A stretch of DNA of 64,000 nucleotides from the sequence record JX128257; one strand, given 5' to 3'. Under the pieces are notes generated by a model. That model was not told the DNA's origin. It did not search any database and saw only the letters and a program-made list of their open reading frames with translations. This DNA comes from Escherichia phage ECML-4. Position 1 is the stretch's first letter. Each line of letters opens with the position of its first letter. A program made the position numbers and the translations under genes. Positions 10,307-20,189 of the stretch are shown here, in pieces.

Positions 10307-10590
10307 TCATCAGATTTGAAAAGGTTCCATCGGCCTATTCCATACCATTCTCCAATATTGTTGGAGTAGCGGGTTGTCCTAACTCCACCGATTTCGTACC
10401 CCCATTTGAAGAAACTCCATCTTTCCTTTAGGGTGGGTGGTTTATTTCCGGTTGCCAAGGAGCAAGCTGTAAGCCAACGTGCGATACTAATGGCTTGAAA
10501 AATTGGATGAATAAACGAATAATACACAACACCCAGAGTTATAATGACGAAGACGCATGTCGTAATCAACCCGACAATTTCAAAGAACAT
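10300..10590 (-). CDS. small membrane protein
   Basis: 96 aa; N-terminal hydrophobic helix (LITTCVFVIITLGVVYY); terminator hairpin just downstream. Confidence 0.4.
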   Translation of the reverse strand: MFFEIVGLITTCVFVIITLGVVYYSFIHPIFQAISIARWLTACSLATGNKPPTLKERWSFFKWGYEIGGVRTTRYSNNIGEWYGIGRWNLFKSDEE

Positions 10591-10664
10591 TTATAACCCC
10601 CAATATTGAACACACACTATGATGAACGTTGTGATCGTGAATACCCAGGAGAAGATAGAAAGTT

Positions 10665-11297
10665 TCATTCTTCTACCTTTAGCCCCATCAGGTCTTCCAT
10701 GGTCTTCTGAATACGAAGCCAATCAAGAGCAGCGTCATAACGAGGATCGTGGTATACCATGCCTTCCAGTTCCCAAGCCTTGATACCAGCATAACGATCC
10801 TGTTGCCCAACGCCTTTCAGCCAGCTCACGATGTCGAAGGTGTGATGGTAATCCCAAGGCTCGTTGGAGTCCTGCTTACATGTCACCTCAATGATATGTT
10901 GGGCCTTGCGGAGATCAAACAAGTTTCGGTCACACCAGTCAACCGAGCGCGGGTCTATCCCAAGACGATGACAACCTTTGCGGATTTCATCGGCCAGCTG
11001 GAAGATAGAGGTGTCCTGATCGGTCGGGTACAGGCTGACAGCGCGAGCAGCATCACACGGGTTTCGCTTACCCGTACCTAACCACCATTCAACAGTCCCC
11101 TGATCCTTGACGCGGCCAAGTTTAGTCTGCTCTTTGACATCCAACTTTATGAACGTCGTTCGCTCTTCAACGAGTTGCTGAAGAGTGTAGCGTTTGGTCA
11201 GGTCGGCGATAGTATGCGCCCAGGATAACATAATAGCATCGTCCCAGCGCCCCAGAGTCTCGCTATCGGCGACAGCCAAGAAATTAGATTTATACAT
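10665..11297 (-). CDS. 3'-5' exonuclease, DEDDh (DnaQ-like; DexA-like)
   Basis: Exo I AVADSETLG, Exo II HHTFDIVSWL, Exo III YHDPRYDAALD. Confidence 0.65.
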   Translation of the reverse strand: MYKSNFLAVADSETLGRWDDAIMLSWAHTIADLTKRYTLQQLVEERTTFIKLDVKEQTKLGRVKDQGTVEWWLGTGKRNPCDAARAVSLYPTDQDTSIFQLADEIRKGCHRLGIDPRSVDWCDRNLFDLRKAQHIIEVTCKQDSNEPWDYHHTFDIVSWLKGVGQQDRYAGIKAWELEGMVYHDPRYDAALDWLRIQKTMEDLMGLKVEE

Positions 11298-11634
11298 CGG
11301 TTTCCCCCGCTTTCTCTAAAAGAAGTTTCAAAGGATATGTCCCACAAGCGGTGGCATATTCAACTCTGAAATATGAATTATCGTTCATGGCGAAATTGCG
11401 ATGAGGAAAATATTCACCATCATCAAAACCACCCATCCCTCCACCGACGCGATATTGTTTCAATTCTACTTCGCCACCGTAACGCAGTTGGGCGTAGAGA
11501 CCGATAGGAGCGCGAACATAATGCTCCAACCACACCCAATTACCGTCATGTAGACGGGTGGGTAAAAACGCAAACCGTACCTTGGGATGAAGAACGGCTT
11601 TAGCCAACATTTCTTCCGTCACTTCAGATTTCAT
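11290..11634 (-). CDS. hypothetical protein
   Basis: 114 aa ORF overlapping neighbours by 8 and 4 nt. Confidence 0.35.
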   Translation of the reverse strand: MKSEVTEEMLAKAVLHPKVRFAFLPTRLHDGNWVWLEHYVRAPIGLYAQLRYGGEVELKQYRVGGGMGGFDDGEYFPHRNFAMNDNSYFRVEYATACGTYPLKLLLEKAGETDV

Positions 11635-12236
11635 CCGATGCTTTCCTCTTCGATGACGTCTTCTTCATTAGGAACAACCGAGATCCCAAAGTCGATCATT
11701 TGAGAGAGTTCTTGTAAATCCTTTTCGAATCCATCCCCTTCCCGAATATAGAATACTGGGACCACGCGACGGCGAGTATCTTCAAAGATGGTTTCGGCGA
11801 TTTTGTTAATCTGGCCCACCACATGTGTGAGATTCAAGCCACCAATACCACAACCGATGGCGGGCAAACCGACATAGACAGTTTCATCAGCTTTGGCTTC
11901 AACGATATCATGAATTTGTTCAAACATGATCTGGACTGAGCTAATGATAGATGGCATGCGAGCATTGGGACCTGGGTAAAATTGAGTATACAAATTGAAT
12001 CCCCAGACACCAGTGTCATGATCAAACGCATAGGACATGTTTCCCAAGCGCTGTTCCGGACCACGTTCATCTAATTGGTCGGCGCGGTAAATCTCTGGGA
12101 AATTCAATCGAACGTGATTGGCGATACCCGCGCCCATTACAGACCAACAATTTGCGCCGTGAGCAAAGGCATTGATAAGATTGAAACTCGTGGCGGCTTT
12201 TAATAAATCGCCATTTGTGATAATATAAGTGGTCAT
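11631..12236 (-). CDS. macro domain protein (ADP-ribose binding/hydrolase)
   Basis: INAFAHGANCWSVMGAGIANHV matches the macrodomain N-x6-GGG-V-x2-AI signature; start moved to the ATG at 12236 forming an ATGA overlap with the upstream stop. Confidence 0.6.
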   Translation of the reverse strand: MTTYIITNGDLLKAATSFNLINAFAHGANCWSVMGAGIANHVRLNFPEIYRADQLDERGPEQRLGNMSYAFDHDTGVWGFNLYTQFYPGPNARMPSIISSVQIMFEQIHDIVEAKADETVYVGLPAIGCGIGGLNLTHVVGQINKIAETIFEDTRRRVVPVFYIREGDGFEKDLQELSQMIDFGISVVPNEEDVIEEESIG

Positions 12237-12469
12237 GCGTAACGTCTCCATTGTATAATTTCGTTGTCGACACAACTGACCTGAATGATACACATATTCT
12301 GGCGATGGTCGGTGAGTGTCATAATAAAACTGTCTGGTTGTGACATGACACGATTAACAGATATCCCGCGCGACATCAAACGAAAGCAAATTTCTTGATA
12401 CAAACGTTGCATATATCCTGAAACAGAAGCCGATTCATATGCGCGTTCAAATTCGTATAATTCGTTCAT
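12233..12469 (-). CDS. hypothetical protein
   Basis: 78 aa ORF, 4-nt overlaps on both sides. Confidence 0.35.
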   Translation of the reverse strand: MNELYEFERAYESASVSGYMQRLYQEICFRLMSRGISVNRVMSQPDSFIMTLTDHRQNMCIIQVSCVDNEIIQWRRYA

Positions 12470-12690
12470 TTATTAAGACCATTAATAGCATTTTCAGAGA
12501 TGTATTCGACGAATTGATTGTCAGCCGCCATTTTTAAAAGTTCAAACAATTCAGTTCCAACTGTACTCCCAAACATTCCTTCCAATACTCCTTGGACATC
12601 TTCATCTATTTCTTCGATGATGAGTCCATAAGATTTCAGGCGTCGCGAAATAGCACGGAACTGGGCAATATCTCCAATTTCATTTGCCAT
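12466..12690 (-). CDS. hypothetical protein
   Basis: 74 aa ORF; TATAAT-containing hairpin upstream. Confidence 0.35.
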   Translation of the reverse strand: MANEIGDIAQFRAISRRLKSYGLIIEEIDEDVQGVLEGMFGSTVGTELFELLKMAADNQFVEYISENAINGLNK

Positions 12691-12738
12691 GGTATTATCT
12701 CAATATGGGGTTAGGCGGCAATTATACCGCCATTTTCT

Positions 12739-13152
12739 TCAATAGAGGTCTTCGGAAAAGAGTTCACGGAAAGGAGTGTTCTTCAAACGAACTTGATTGG
12801 TTTGTCCAGCTTCACGGGCTACAATAGCCGCCTCTTCCCTAGACATCCATTGCCCATAGTTATCGATAAACCCTTGTTCACGCGTGCGGGTGTTTTCGAT
12901 AACACCTGCTTCCTTCAATCGTTTCAGTTGCGCATTCATTAATTTGTCGTGGTGACGGGCGCTTACAACGATGACATCACCATATCTGTTGGCAGCGGCC
13001 ACTACGCGGCGGTCAAATTTAGTTGGGTCTGGTATATCCCGAGCATATAGGGCGATATGGGTGTCGTCAACATCCCCTTTGACTTCAGAATATAACTGGC
13101 CACCATTAGGAGATCCAGTGGGTAAAGAACGAAAATAACCGAGTAATTTCAT
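12739..13152 (-). CDS. hypothetical protein
   Basis: 137 aa ORF. Confidence 0.4.
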   Translation of the reverse strand: MKLLGYFRSLPTGSPNGGQLYSEVKGDVDDTHIALYARDIPDPTKFDRRVVAAANRYGDVIVVSARHHDKLMNAQLKRLKEAGVIENTRTREQGFIDNYGQWMSREEAAIVAREAGQTNQVRLKNTPFRELFSEDLY

Positions 13153-13207
13153 AATCTAGTCTATCCATATTTCAGGTTCGGGGATATCAACCATCTCCAT
13201 TGACATA

Positions 13208-13519
13208 TTACGCCTCCACTTCTTCATCAGGAAAATAAGGGCGTAAATCCCCAATTAATTTAGGGAAGAGGGCAAACCCGAACAGATTAAAAGAACGCAT
13301 GGTCCCAACCATACCAACATCATCCAATTCGGTAACGTCAGAAAGGGCACACAACGGTATCCACACGTCTTCTTGTCCTTCGTAATTTACGAAGGCAACT
13401 TCCTCTTTGATGAATCGAGGACACAGAATATCAAACAGCCAATAGACGTATGCCAGTAATGAGAGACTGCGGAAATATACAAACATGGTGAACCCCTCAC
13501 AGGTTTGGAGGGAATTCAC
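13208..13519 (-). CDS. hypothetical protein
   Basis: 103 aa ORF. Confidence 0.35.
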   Translation of the reverse strand: MNSLQTCEGFTMFVYFRSLSLLAYVYWLFDILCPRFIKEEVAFVNYEGQEDVWIPLCALSDVTELDDVGMVGTMRSFNLFGFALFPKLIGDLRPYFPDEEVEA

Positions 13520-13528
13520 CCTCCAGAT

Positions 13529-14860
13529 TTATAGGCTTAATGCCTTTTCAAGATCATCTAAATCATCATTGTAGAGATCAATGTCTTGTTTGTTATTTAA
13601 TTCTTCTCTTTGTTCTTCCAGATTCTTTATCTGATTCAACAATCGTTCACGTGCGTCTAACGTGATTGATGATAAAGACATCTTGAATAATTCATCAAGA
13701 TCACCATCAAAATCTGGATAATCCGTTTGAAACAACGCTTTCAGTTCTGTAATGCTGCGACGCATATCCGTAACCACAGCCCAACTGATGAATAATGCAC
13801 GGTTGTTCAGGCGATGAATTTTATCAGTCATCTCCTTTAACAGGTATTGACGACGGTCTTCATAACGGATCAAACGATAGTTGAAGAAGGAAAGCAGCAT
13901 CTCCTTCCACCCAGAATAACGTCGGATGACACCATCTTCATCCCATGCCGTCCAGACGGGTTTGTTCGCAGAGTATAGTTTGAACATCTGCTCGATTTGT
14001 GCATCATCCAGCTTAGACAATTCACCACGTTTGAACACGACAGTAATGTCCCAGCCGTCTTCGGTCGTGTCATTGGCGTATTCAGTGAGCAAACCCGCCT
14101 TATACAACGGCAACAGAACTTTGGTCTCATACGATTTAGCGAACCAACCAATTGGGACCTCGGTGATGTGAAGGGTTGTAGCATTGATGCGTTTGAAGAT
14201 GCCGCGACTGTATGCTCTTCCTTCCTCAGTATAGCCTGTCTCTCCTTTATATCCATTCCAGTACGGTTTTAAGTCCGTAGGGTCTTCGCCACGGAGAAGT
14301 GCTCTCAGAGCGCCGAGGACTGATTTAACGCAATGGCATGGGGTGTCCGTTGAGTACCCAGATCCGATACCATTAATTCCGTTCACCAAGAACATGGGAA
14401 TAACAGGCAAAAAGAACTTTGGTTCCAATTGTTCTTCACCCAAGTAGTTGTAATCCAAAATCCCCTCATCTTCCTTACGGAATATTTTACGGATAACATC
14501 GGATACAGAAACAGAAATGTAACGAGCAGACGATGCATCACGTCCCATGATAGAACCAAATTGACCATCACGGTCAAAGTATGGAATATTGTTCGTACCA
14601 GGAAACGCCTGAGCCATGTTCACAATCGTATTGCCCATGTTCTCACCACCGGACTTGTAGTTGGTACGAGCGGCGGCGAACATACCCAGACGATCAACAA
14701 TCTCTTCCTTGCCATATTCCAATGCAGTGAAAAGAATTTTGCGCTGACTTGGTTTCAAACTGTCAATCAACTGAGGTATTTGACGGATGCTGTTGAACAC
14801 AGAAAATGCCTTGTGATCATTATTGACATAATCCGTGACATTGATACTTTGAGCGACCAT
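13529..14860 (-). CDS. DNA topoisomerase II medium subunit (GyrA-like cleavage domain; T4 gp52-like)
   Basis: DGQFGSIMGRDASSARY matches the GyrA active-site tyrosine region; LKPSQRKILF matches the GyrA N-terminal box; start set to ATG 14860 (GAGGGAGAA SD, abuts upstream stop). Confidence 0.8.
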   Translation of the reverse strand: MVAQSINVTDYVNNDHKAFSVFNSIRQIPQLIDSLKPSQRKILFTALEYGKEEIVDRLGMFAAARTNYKSGGENMGNTIVNMAQAFPGTNNIPYFDRDGQFGSIMGRDASSARYISVSVSDVIRKIFRKEDEGILDYNYLGEEQLEPKFFLPVIPMFLVNGINGIGSGYSTDTPCHCVKSVLGALRALLRGEDPTDLKPYWNGYKGETGYTEEGRAYSRGIFKRINATTLHITEVPIGWFAKSYETKVLLPLYKAGLLTEYANDTTEDGWDITVVFKRGELSKLDDAQIEQMFKLYSANKPVWTAWDEDGVIRRYSGWKEMLLSFFNYRLIRYEDRRQYLLKEMTDKIHRLNNRALFISWAVVTDMRRSITELKALFQTDYPDFDGDLDELFKMSLSSITLDARERLLNQIKNLEEQREELNNKQDIDLYNDDLDDLEKALSL

Positions 14861-14861
14861 C

Positions 14862-16772
14862 TTATTCTCCCTCTGTTTCAAACAAACAAACATCACTAAA
14901 CCAGGTTTTGCGGTAATCGGCGGCCTCATCACCGAAGCCGTTCTTCAGTGATTCTTTGTAGTTGTCATCCAACGTGACCGTCGTAGTATACGCATCCAGA
15001 TTGTTTAGAATACGTTTGAAGTCTTCAGTGCTGTTACCACCAAGACCTTTCAGATATTTCTTCTTCGTAATCTTCTTGGCGTCAGGGGTTTTTAAAAATT
15101 CTTCATATTCCGTATTGCTCATAAACTCATACATCGTTTTACCACACCAAATACGCATGTATGGTGTGCGCAGGAGTTTCAGCCTACCCTGACGGACGTA
15201 CTCCGGCCAATATGTGCAATACAGAGTAATCAACAAACCACGGATGTGAATGCCATCATCGTCCGCATCGGTGGCTACAACAGTCTGTGGGTAGCGGGTG
15301 ATATCAATCGGCTGACCTGGGACTGCGCCTCCATGAATCGTGCAAAGATTCTTGAACTCCTCATTATTCATTACCTTTGATCGCGGATTGTTTAAACAAT
15401 TGATGAATTTACCACGCAAAGGGAATAATCCAATCTTTTTAGTATCACGGGCGTTCAGGATAGGATTGGACGCGCTGTCACCTTCAGTCAATAACAGAGA
15501 GCACCCACTGCGATCACCACGGGCGGTCGCCGGATAATACTTCTCTATCTCACGATAATCCCGTTTGCTAATATCCTTCTTGGCCTTTTCAAATTCAGCA
15601 TCATCTTGGTCGTTACGCAAGGCGGCCAATTCTTTGCTCAGGCCAGCTGTGACAAACTCCAGAGCCTTCCGGATTAGTTTATCGCTGGGTTTATAGGTCG
15701 TACCAAACTGGCTAACAGGAGTCGTCATACGCTCCTTGGTTTGGCTATCAAAACGAGGGTTGTTGATATCAGCCGAGATGAAAAGCATCATATGGTTTTT
15801 AATCATAGAAGGCTTCAGATCAGTCTTAAACTTTTTCACCAATTGTGGGCGAATCGCATTCACGATCTGGTCAGCAACGTAATCCACATGAGGACCACCG
15901 ATATGGGTGGCAATGCTGTTCACATATGATGCATGAATAAACGTCCCTTGTGAAGGAGCAACAGCAACAGACCACTCCTCTGTTTCATCAACAGAAGAAC
16001 CTTGGCAAAAGTAATCCACAAAATGGCCAAATCGGTCGATACGGATTTGTTTCCCGTTCAGAATGACTTTCAGGCGCGGGTTACAAGCAGCCACTTCAAA
16101 TGCGCGGCGATAGATCATCAACAAGTTATTTTGATCAAGACCTTTGACACCCAGACGCGCATAATCAGGTATCCATGCGATAGACGTCCCAGGGGCATTC
16201 AAATTACTGATCACCGGATTAGAACGTTTGCTCAAATTGTCTTCAAATGTTTGAGTGTAAGACTTCTTCCCGTCATTTGTCGTGACACGGAACCATTTTG
16301 AAAATACGTTGACCAGTGAAGCCCCTTCACCGTTCTGACCACCTGATTTTTTGTTATTGTATTCTTCATCGTCGTCGTTGAAGTTGCTACCCGCATAGAG
16401 GGAGCCAAATAACATTTCAGGGAGCCATTCCTTTGTCTCCCCGTGTTTAACAACCGGAATACCCCCATTGTCAGCCACGATGATCTGACCATTCATAGGA
16501 GAAACGGTAATGGTGATTTCTGTGAGGCTTTTACCTTCTGGCGTTTTGCTATGATCTACAGAGTTGGTGATAATTTCATCAAACTGTTTAATCAATGCAG
16601 GAGAATATTCAAAATTATCCTTGAATATAACTTGATCTTTTATTGGATCATATATCCAAGTTGTTCCAACGGCTGAACGGATACTACCCAGATGACGCTC
16701 TGGGCGAAGAAGGATATGCTCTATGTGAGTGAGCTTTTTGTATTTTCGTTCAATATCAATCATATTAGACAT
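14862..16772 (-). CDS. DNA topoisomerase II large subunit (GyrB-like GHKL ATPase + toprim; T4 gp39/gp60-like)
   Basis: LRPERHLGS, GHKL N-box EIITNSVDH, G1 box DNGGIPV; 636 aa. Confidence 0.85.
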   Translation of the reverse strand: MSNMIDIERKYKKLTHIEHILLRPERHLGSIRSAVGTTWIYDPIKDQVIFKDNFEYSPALIKQFDEIITNSVDHSKTPEGKSLTEITITVSPMNGQIIVADNGGIPVVKHGETKEWLPEMLFGSLYAGSNFNDDDEEYNNKKSGGQNGEGASLVNVFSKWFRVTTNDGKKSYTQTFEDNLSKRSNPVISNLNAPGTSIAWIPDYARLGVKGLDQNNLLMIYRRAFEVAACNPRLKVILNGKQIRIDRFGHFVDYFCQGSSVDETEEWSVAVAPSQGTFIHASYVNSIATHIGGPHVDYVADQIVNAIRPQLVKKFKTDLKPSMIKNHMMLFISADINNPRFDSQTKERMTTPVSQFGTTYKPSDKLIRKALEFVTAGLSKELAALRNDQDDAEFEKAKKDISKRDYREIEKYYPATARGDRSGCSLLLTEGDSASNPILNARDTKKIGLFPLRGKFINCLNNPRSKVMNNEEFKNLCTIHGGAVPGQPIDITRYPQTVVATDADDDGIHIRGLLITLYCTYWPEYVRQGRLKLLRTPYMRIWCGKTMYEFMSNTEYEEFLKTPDAKKITKKKYLKGLGGNSTEDFKRILNNLDAYTTTVTLDDNYKESLKNGFGDEAADYRKTWFSDVCLFETEGE

Positions 16773-16819
16773 CGGCCTATCCCGTCAATGGTAAACACAA
16801 GATTATGTATGGGGTCGGC

Positions 16820-17398
16820 TTATAGACCAAATTTACCGCGCCATTTCTGTACTTTGTGTTCAACAGCGCGTTCTACGTCAGGGATCGTACTCTTGAGATT
16901 GCAATGGCAGTCACAAGCCAGTTTAGCCGTGTGGCGAATAACACCGTTGATCAGATCAAAGATTTGGTCATTTGAACGCTGCGGCTGGTTCAGAAGTCGG
17001 GTGATGCGGCCTTTGTAATGATTGATCCTAGCCAACTGCCTATCCACCGGATCTACACCACCACAGAACCAGTAATCTTCCAAGGTATGCTCTGATAAGT
17101 TTGTTGTGTGGTTGGCCTGAGCCAACGCATAAATGACAGAATCGAATATTTCTTCTTTTGTCATGGAACCATGTTGTTGGATATGCTGATATTCACAAAC
17201 ATACAACAAATCCAGAGCCGAGATGATAACATCCGCCACTTCCCCATTCAAAGGTTCCGACGCAGCAATCCCGTAGAACACGTCCGATAGTTCACATGTT
17301 TCTTCTACAAGTTTACAGAACACAAATACAGATGGACGATCCGGTTCGTTCTGGCTGAGTTCATAAGATGTTTCTAAGATGCGACGAATAAATTTCAT
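16820..17398 (-). CDS. MazG-like nucleoside triphosphate pyrophosphohydrolase (T4 gp56 dCTPase-like)
   Basis: EETCELSD ... EVADVIISALDL resembles the MazG E-x2-E ... E-x2-D metal-binding helices. Confidence 0.55.
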   Translation of the reverse strand: MKFIRRILETSYELSQNEPDRPSVFVFCKLVEETCELSDVFYGIAASEPLNGEVADVIISALDLLYVCEYQHIQQHGSMTKEEIFDSVIYALAQANHTTNLSEHTLEDYWFCGGVDPVDRQLARINHYKGRITRLLNQPQRSNDQIFDLINGVIRHTAKLACDCHCNLKSTIPDVERAVEHKVQKWRGKFGL

Positions 17399-17895
17399 TT
17401 CAAATATCCTTCTAAGCGAAAGCGGTTGATATGTTGTATGATAAAGTCCATAGAGTTTTGAAAACTATATTTCCCCTGATGCTCATATGCATGAATAAGG
17501 GGAAGTCGGCTGTGAGCCAATTGGAATCGCAGTCTTGGTGGCATAGACAACAACTTGGCTGATGTCGCCGCGATAATACGAGAACGCAATATGGGGGAAT
17601 CTGAATCAACGAGAGGGATTTGTATTTTACCCAAATCCAATCCATACTTCTTGGCTTCATAACCACTCAGATGCCGAAGAGCATCATCGCGATATTTTAT
17701 CCAGTACCAATAACCCTCGATAGAATCGAAGTGCCCGTCCAGGGTTTCAATCGGATGATGGGTAAAATGCGATAGGAATTTTCCCAGATCAGTCCGGCTT
17801 TGGCTGTATATGTTGTAATGATTGACACCCTCAGTTATAGGCGTCATCGCTTTCTTTGAAACATTCAGTAATATAAGCATGATATAGAGTCTCAA
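17395..17895 (-). CDS. NADAR (YbiA-like) domain protein
   Basis: VNHYNIYS ... GKFLSHF ... PIETLDGHFDSIEGYWYWIKY ... ATSAKL aligns by eye to YbiA INFYS ... GDFSNFA ... PIKVDG ... TSEHYFQAQKF ... ATAPAKL; true start may be the internal Met (MTPITEG). Confidence 0.5.
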   Translation of the reverse strand: MRLYIMLILLNVSKKAMTPITEGVNHYNIYSQSRTDLGKFLSHFTHHPIETLDGHFDSIEGYWYWIKYRDDALRHLSGYEAKKYGLDLGKIQIPLVDSDSPILRSRIIAATSAKLLSMPPRLRFQLAHSRLPLIHAYEHQGKYSFQNSMDFIIQHINRFRLEGYLK

Positions 17896-18159
17896 ATCAA
17901 AATTGCTGTGTGTAATCAGGTCAAATCTTTTTATATGCTTTCAGGGTACAGATAATAGAGACGCCGCCAAATAGAACGAGCAATATGAATCGTTCCATCC
18001 TAAAATCAGGAAGGGAAAGCAGTCCCACAAGGCTGTCTAAAGCAATCATGAACGTTACTCCAGTCAGCATGCCCAACTTAAAGGAGTTGGAACCTCTTTT
18101 GCAACGTAGCATAAATCACCTCCGATTCAAATGGGGAGTTTCCTCCCCATACAAATTAT

Positions 18160-18663
18160 CTAGCCCAGAAACACTACTAAAGTCAAATTTGTAAAGCAGC
18201 TGCGATTATCTTTTAACATTTGATGGGCAGCGGAAAGGCGCTTAGCATCATGCAGAGTATCTGAAAACACGATGATATTGGCCTTGTCGATTTTGGTCCC
18301 CATAAAATTGGCCATGGTCGACGTTTTCTCTTTTCGATCAAATTTTTCATACTGCTCCCCTGTGGTTACATTTTTCGATTGAGTGAAAAACGTATCACGT
18401 TCACGAGCAGTGTGAAATACACCGAATACGTCGATTTCATTTTCAATTTGGAATTTTTCAGAAAGGAGTTTCTTTAACGCCGCAGTGTGACCAGTCTGGC
18501 GAAGCATTCGATAGTAGAGCATGCTCCCACTGCCTGCGGGATCAAGGTCGTAACGAATCCGGCGGTCTTTTTGAATTTCATACGCATCTAGAACCAATTG
18601 TTGTAGCATTTCAATATGCGCATTAAGGGATACTTCTACTTTTCGTTTAACTAAAGATTTCAT
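18160..18663 (-). CDS. hypothetical protein
   Basis: 167 aa ORF. Confidence 0.4.
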   Translation of the reverse strand: MKSLVKRKVEVSLNAHIEMLQQLVLDAYEIQKDRRIRYDLDPAGSGSMLYYRMLRQTGHTAALKKLLSEKFQIENEIDVFGVFHTARERDTFFTQSKNVTTGEQYEKFDRKEKTSTMANFMGTKIDKANIIVFSDTLHDAKRLSAAHQMLKDNRSCFTNLTLVVFLG

Positions 18664-18729
18664 TGTTGGAGCCTCGAATTTACGTTCCGCTCATGGGGAA
18701 CATAAAAATTATACCCTTAGACACAACAA

Positions 18730-18751
18730 TGAAAAAGAGGCCGAAGCCTCT
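18730..18751 (-). terminator. rho-independent terminator
   Basis: minus strand AGAGGC-TTCG-GCCTCT followed by TTTTT. Confidence 0.6.
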
Positions 18752-18973
18752 TTAATCGTCATATTTGCCTGTCCTGAAATTCCATTTCCTGGCCTTGGAT
18801 AGGTCAAGATCTTTGAATATATTACCGAAGATCTTTTTAAACCCTGACTCTTCTTCAAGATCTTTCGGTCTCTTGACAGGTTCTTGAACCATACCGCCTT
18901 CGGGTTTCCCCACATCAGCGGTAGTGGTGGCCGGAGCAGAAGAGTCTTCGAGGTAATCCTGGAAGCTCTTCAT
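18752..18973 (-). CDS. hypothetical small protein
   Basis: 73 aa ORF followed by a strong terminator hairpin. Confidence 0.35.
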   Translation of the reverse strand: MKSFQDYLEDSSAPATTTADVGKPEGGMVQEPVKRPKDLEEESGFKKIFGNIFKDLDLSKARKWNFRTGKYDD

Positions 18974-18976
18974 AGA

Positions 18977-19798
18977 TTACACCACAGCCAGTTCACAACG
19001 GGCGGAAGTTACAGAATGGCCGTCCGCGTCTTCTACAACACACCAGTACTCACCCTCAGAAGCAGCGGTGACAGCGTGGTTGACCAGAGACGCAGTCGCT
19101 GCTGTTGGGTTAACACCAGCATCAATCACCACACCTTCGCCGCCAGGGGTGTCAGAGTAATACCACGCATAAGAGTACGGCGTGGTGCCGCCAGCAGCAA
19201 CGATAGTGAATGTCGCATCAGCGCCGTCGGCCACGTCCTGAGAAGCAGCCAGATCGGTTGTCAACGACAACAGTCCTGCGATGGTAATGACGGTAGAATC
19301 GGTGTGATTTCCTTCTACAGTAACACCATAAACTGTAACAGAACCAGACTGAAGCAGTTTGAATTTACCACCGCCGATATGGATCGCCTTCGTCAGGTCG
19401 CCAGAATACCAGTTCACTCCTTGATATGTTGCGTTCACAGGAGCAACAGTGGCCAGCAATTCAACGATTTGGCCTATTTCCCCGCTGGCCGTAGCCGGAG
19501 TAATGGTCAGACCTGTGGTAAGAACAGCAGTCGGATCATGGATTTCATAAGAAACCTGGAAACCTACTGGCTTGGTCGGATCAACTTTGGTGACACCGTC
19601 CGCTTGCAGATTACTTTTGGTCAGCAACGCATCAAGACCTTTACATTCGGTCAGGATCTCATCAGGATCTTGATTTAGGCTGGTTTTTTGCCAACCCTTT
19701 GCAACACCCGTCACGACATGATTGCGTTCGGTTTCCGGTTTGTTGCGGACAACTTCCGGCGCGACTAATACTGTGATTGTTGGCATGGTTTCCTCCAC
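18977..19798 (-). CDS. Ig-like domain protein
   Basis: Thr/Val/Gly-rich beta-strand repeats and C-terminal YWCVVEDADGHSVTSARCELAV resembling Ig-like/Big_2 domains. Confidence 0.4.
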   Translation of the reverse strand: MEETMPTITVLVAPEVVRNKPETERNHVVTGVAKGWQKTSLNQDPDEILTECKGLDALLTKSNLQADGVTKVDPTKPVGFQVSYEIHDPTAVLTTGLTITPATASGEIGQIVELLATVAPVNATYQGVNWYSGDLTKAIHIGGGKFKLLQSGSVTVYGVTVEGNHTDSTVITIAGLLSLTTDLAASQDVADGADATFTIVAAGGTTPYSYAWYYSDTPGGEGVVIDAGVNPTAATASLVNHAVTAASEGEYWCVVEDADGHSVTSARCELAVV

Positions 19799-20157
19799 TC
19801 ATCCAAATCGTTGTTCAGAGCCATCATCAGCTCGTTATCTGGTTCGTATGAACCGGAACATAAATCATCTCTCCAAACTCCTAACGTCAACAGCGCTGCC
19901 TTTAGACGAGGATGTTGGTTCTTATCCGTTTTCAACACCAGCATTCGACACACAGCTTCAGTTTCGAAAGTATTGAAAAGAATAATCAATTGATTGATAA
20001 GCACACGAGGACTTTTCCCTGGCACAAATCTCTTCAATGATTGATTAATTAGCGAAATTCGCTGAATGTCTACCATCAAATCATCCCGTGAGACACCAGC
20101 AGTGATATAGTGTCTCAGGGCATATTCCATCAAATTGCTTTCGTCAACGATAGCCAT
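19765..20157 (-). CDS. hypothetical protein
   Basis: 130 aa ORF. Confidence 0.35.
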   Translation of the reverse strand: MAIVDESNLMEYALRHYITAGVSRDDLMVDIQRISLINQSLKRFVPGKSPRVLINQLIILFNTFETEAVCRMLVLKTDKNQHPRLKAALLTLGVWRDDLCSGSYEPDNELMMALNNDLDEWRKPCQQSQY

Positions 20158-20189
20158 ATTGAATTATAATCAGCAGTTATACACTGGGA

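Noticed and set aside
12744-12760. TATTGAAGAAA motif plus GGCGG-TATAATTG-CCGCC upstream of gene 12466-12690 as a sigma70 promoter
   Set aside because: The TTGAAG to TATAAT spacing is about 10 bp, too short for a canonical -35/-10 pair, and the motif overlaps the upstream stop codon
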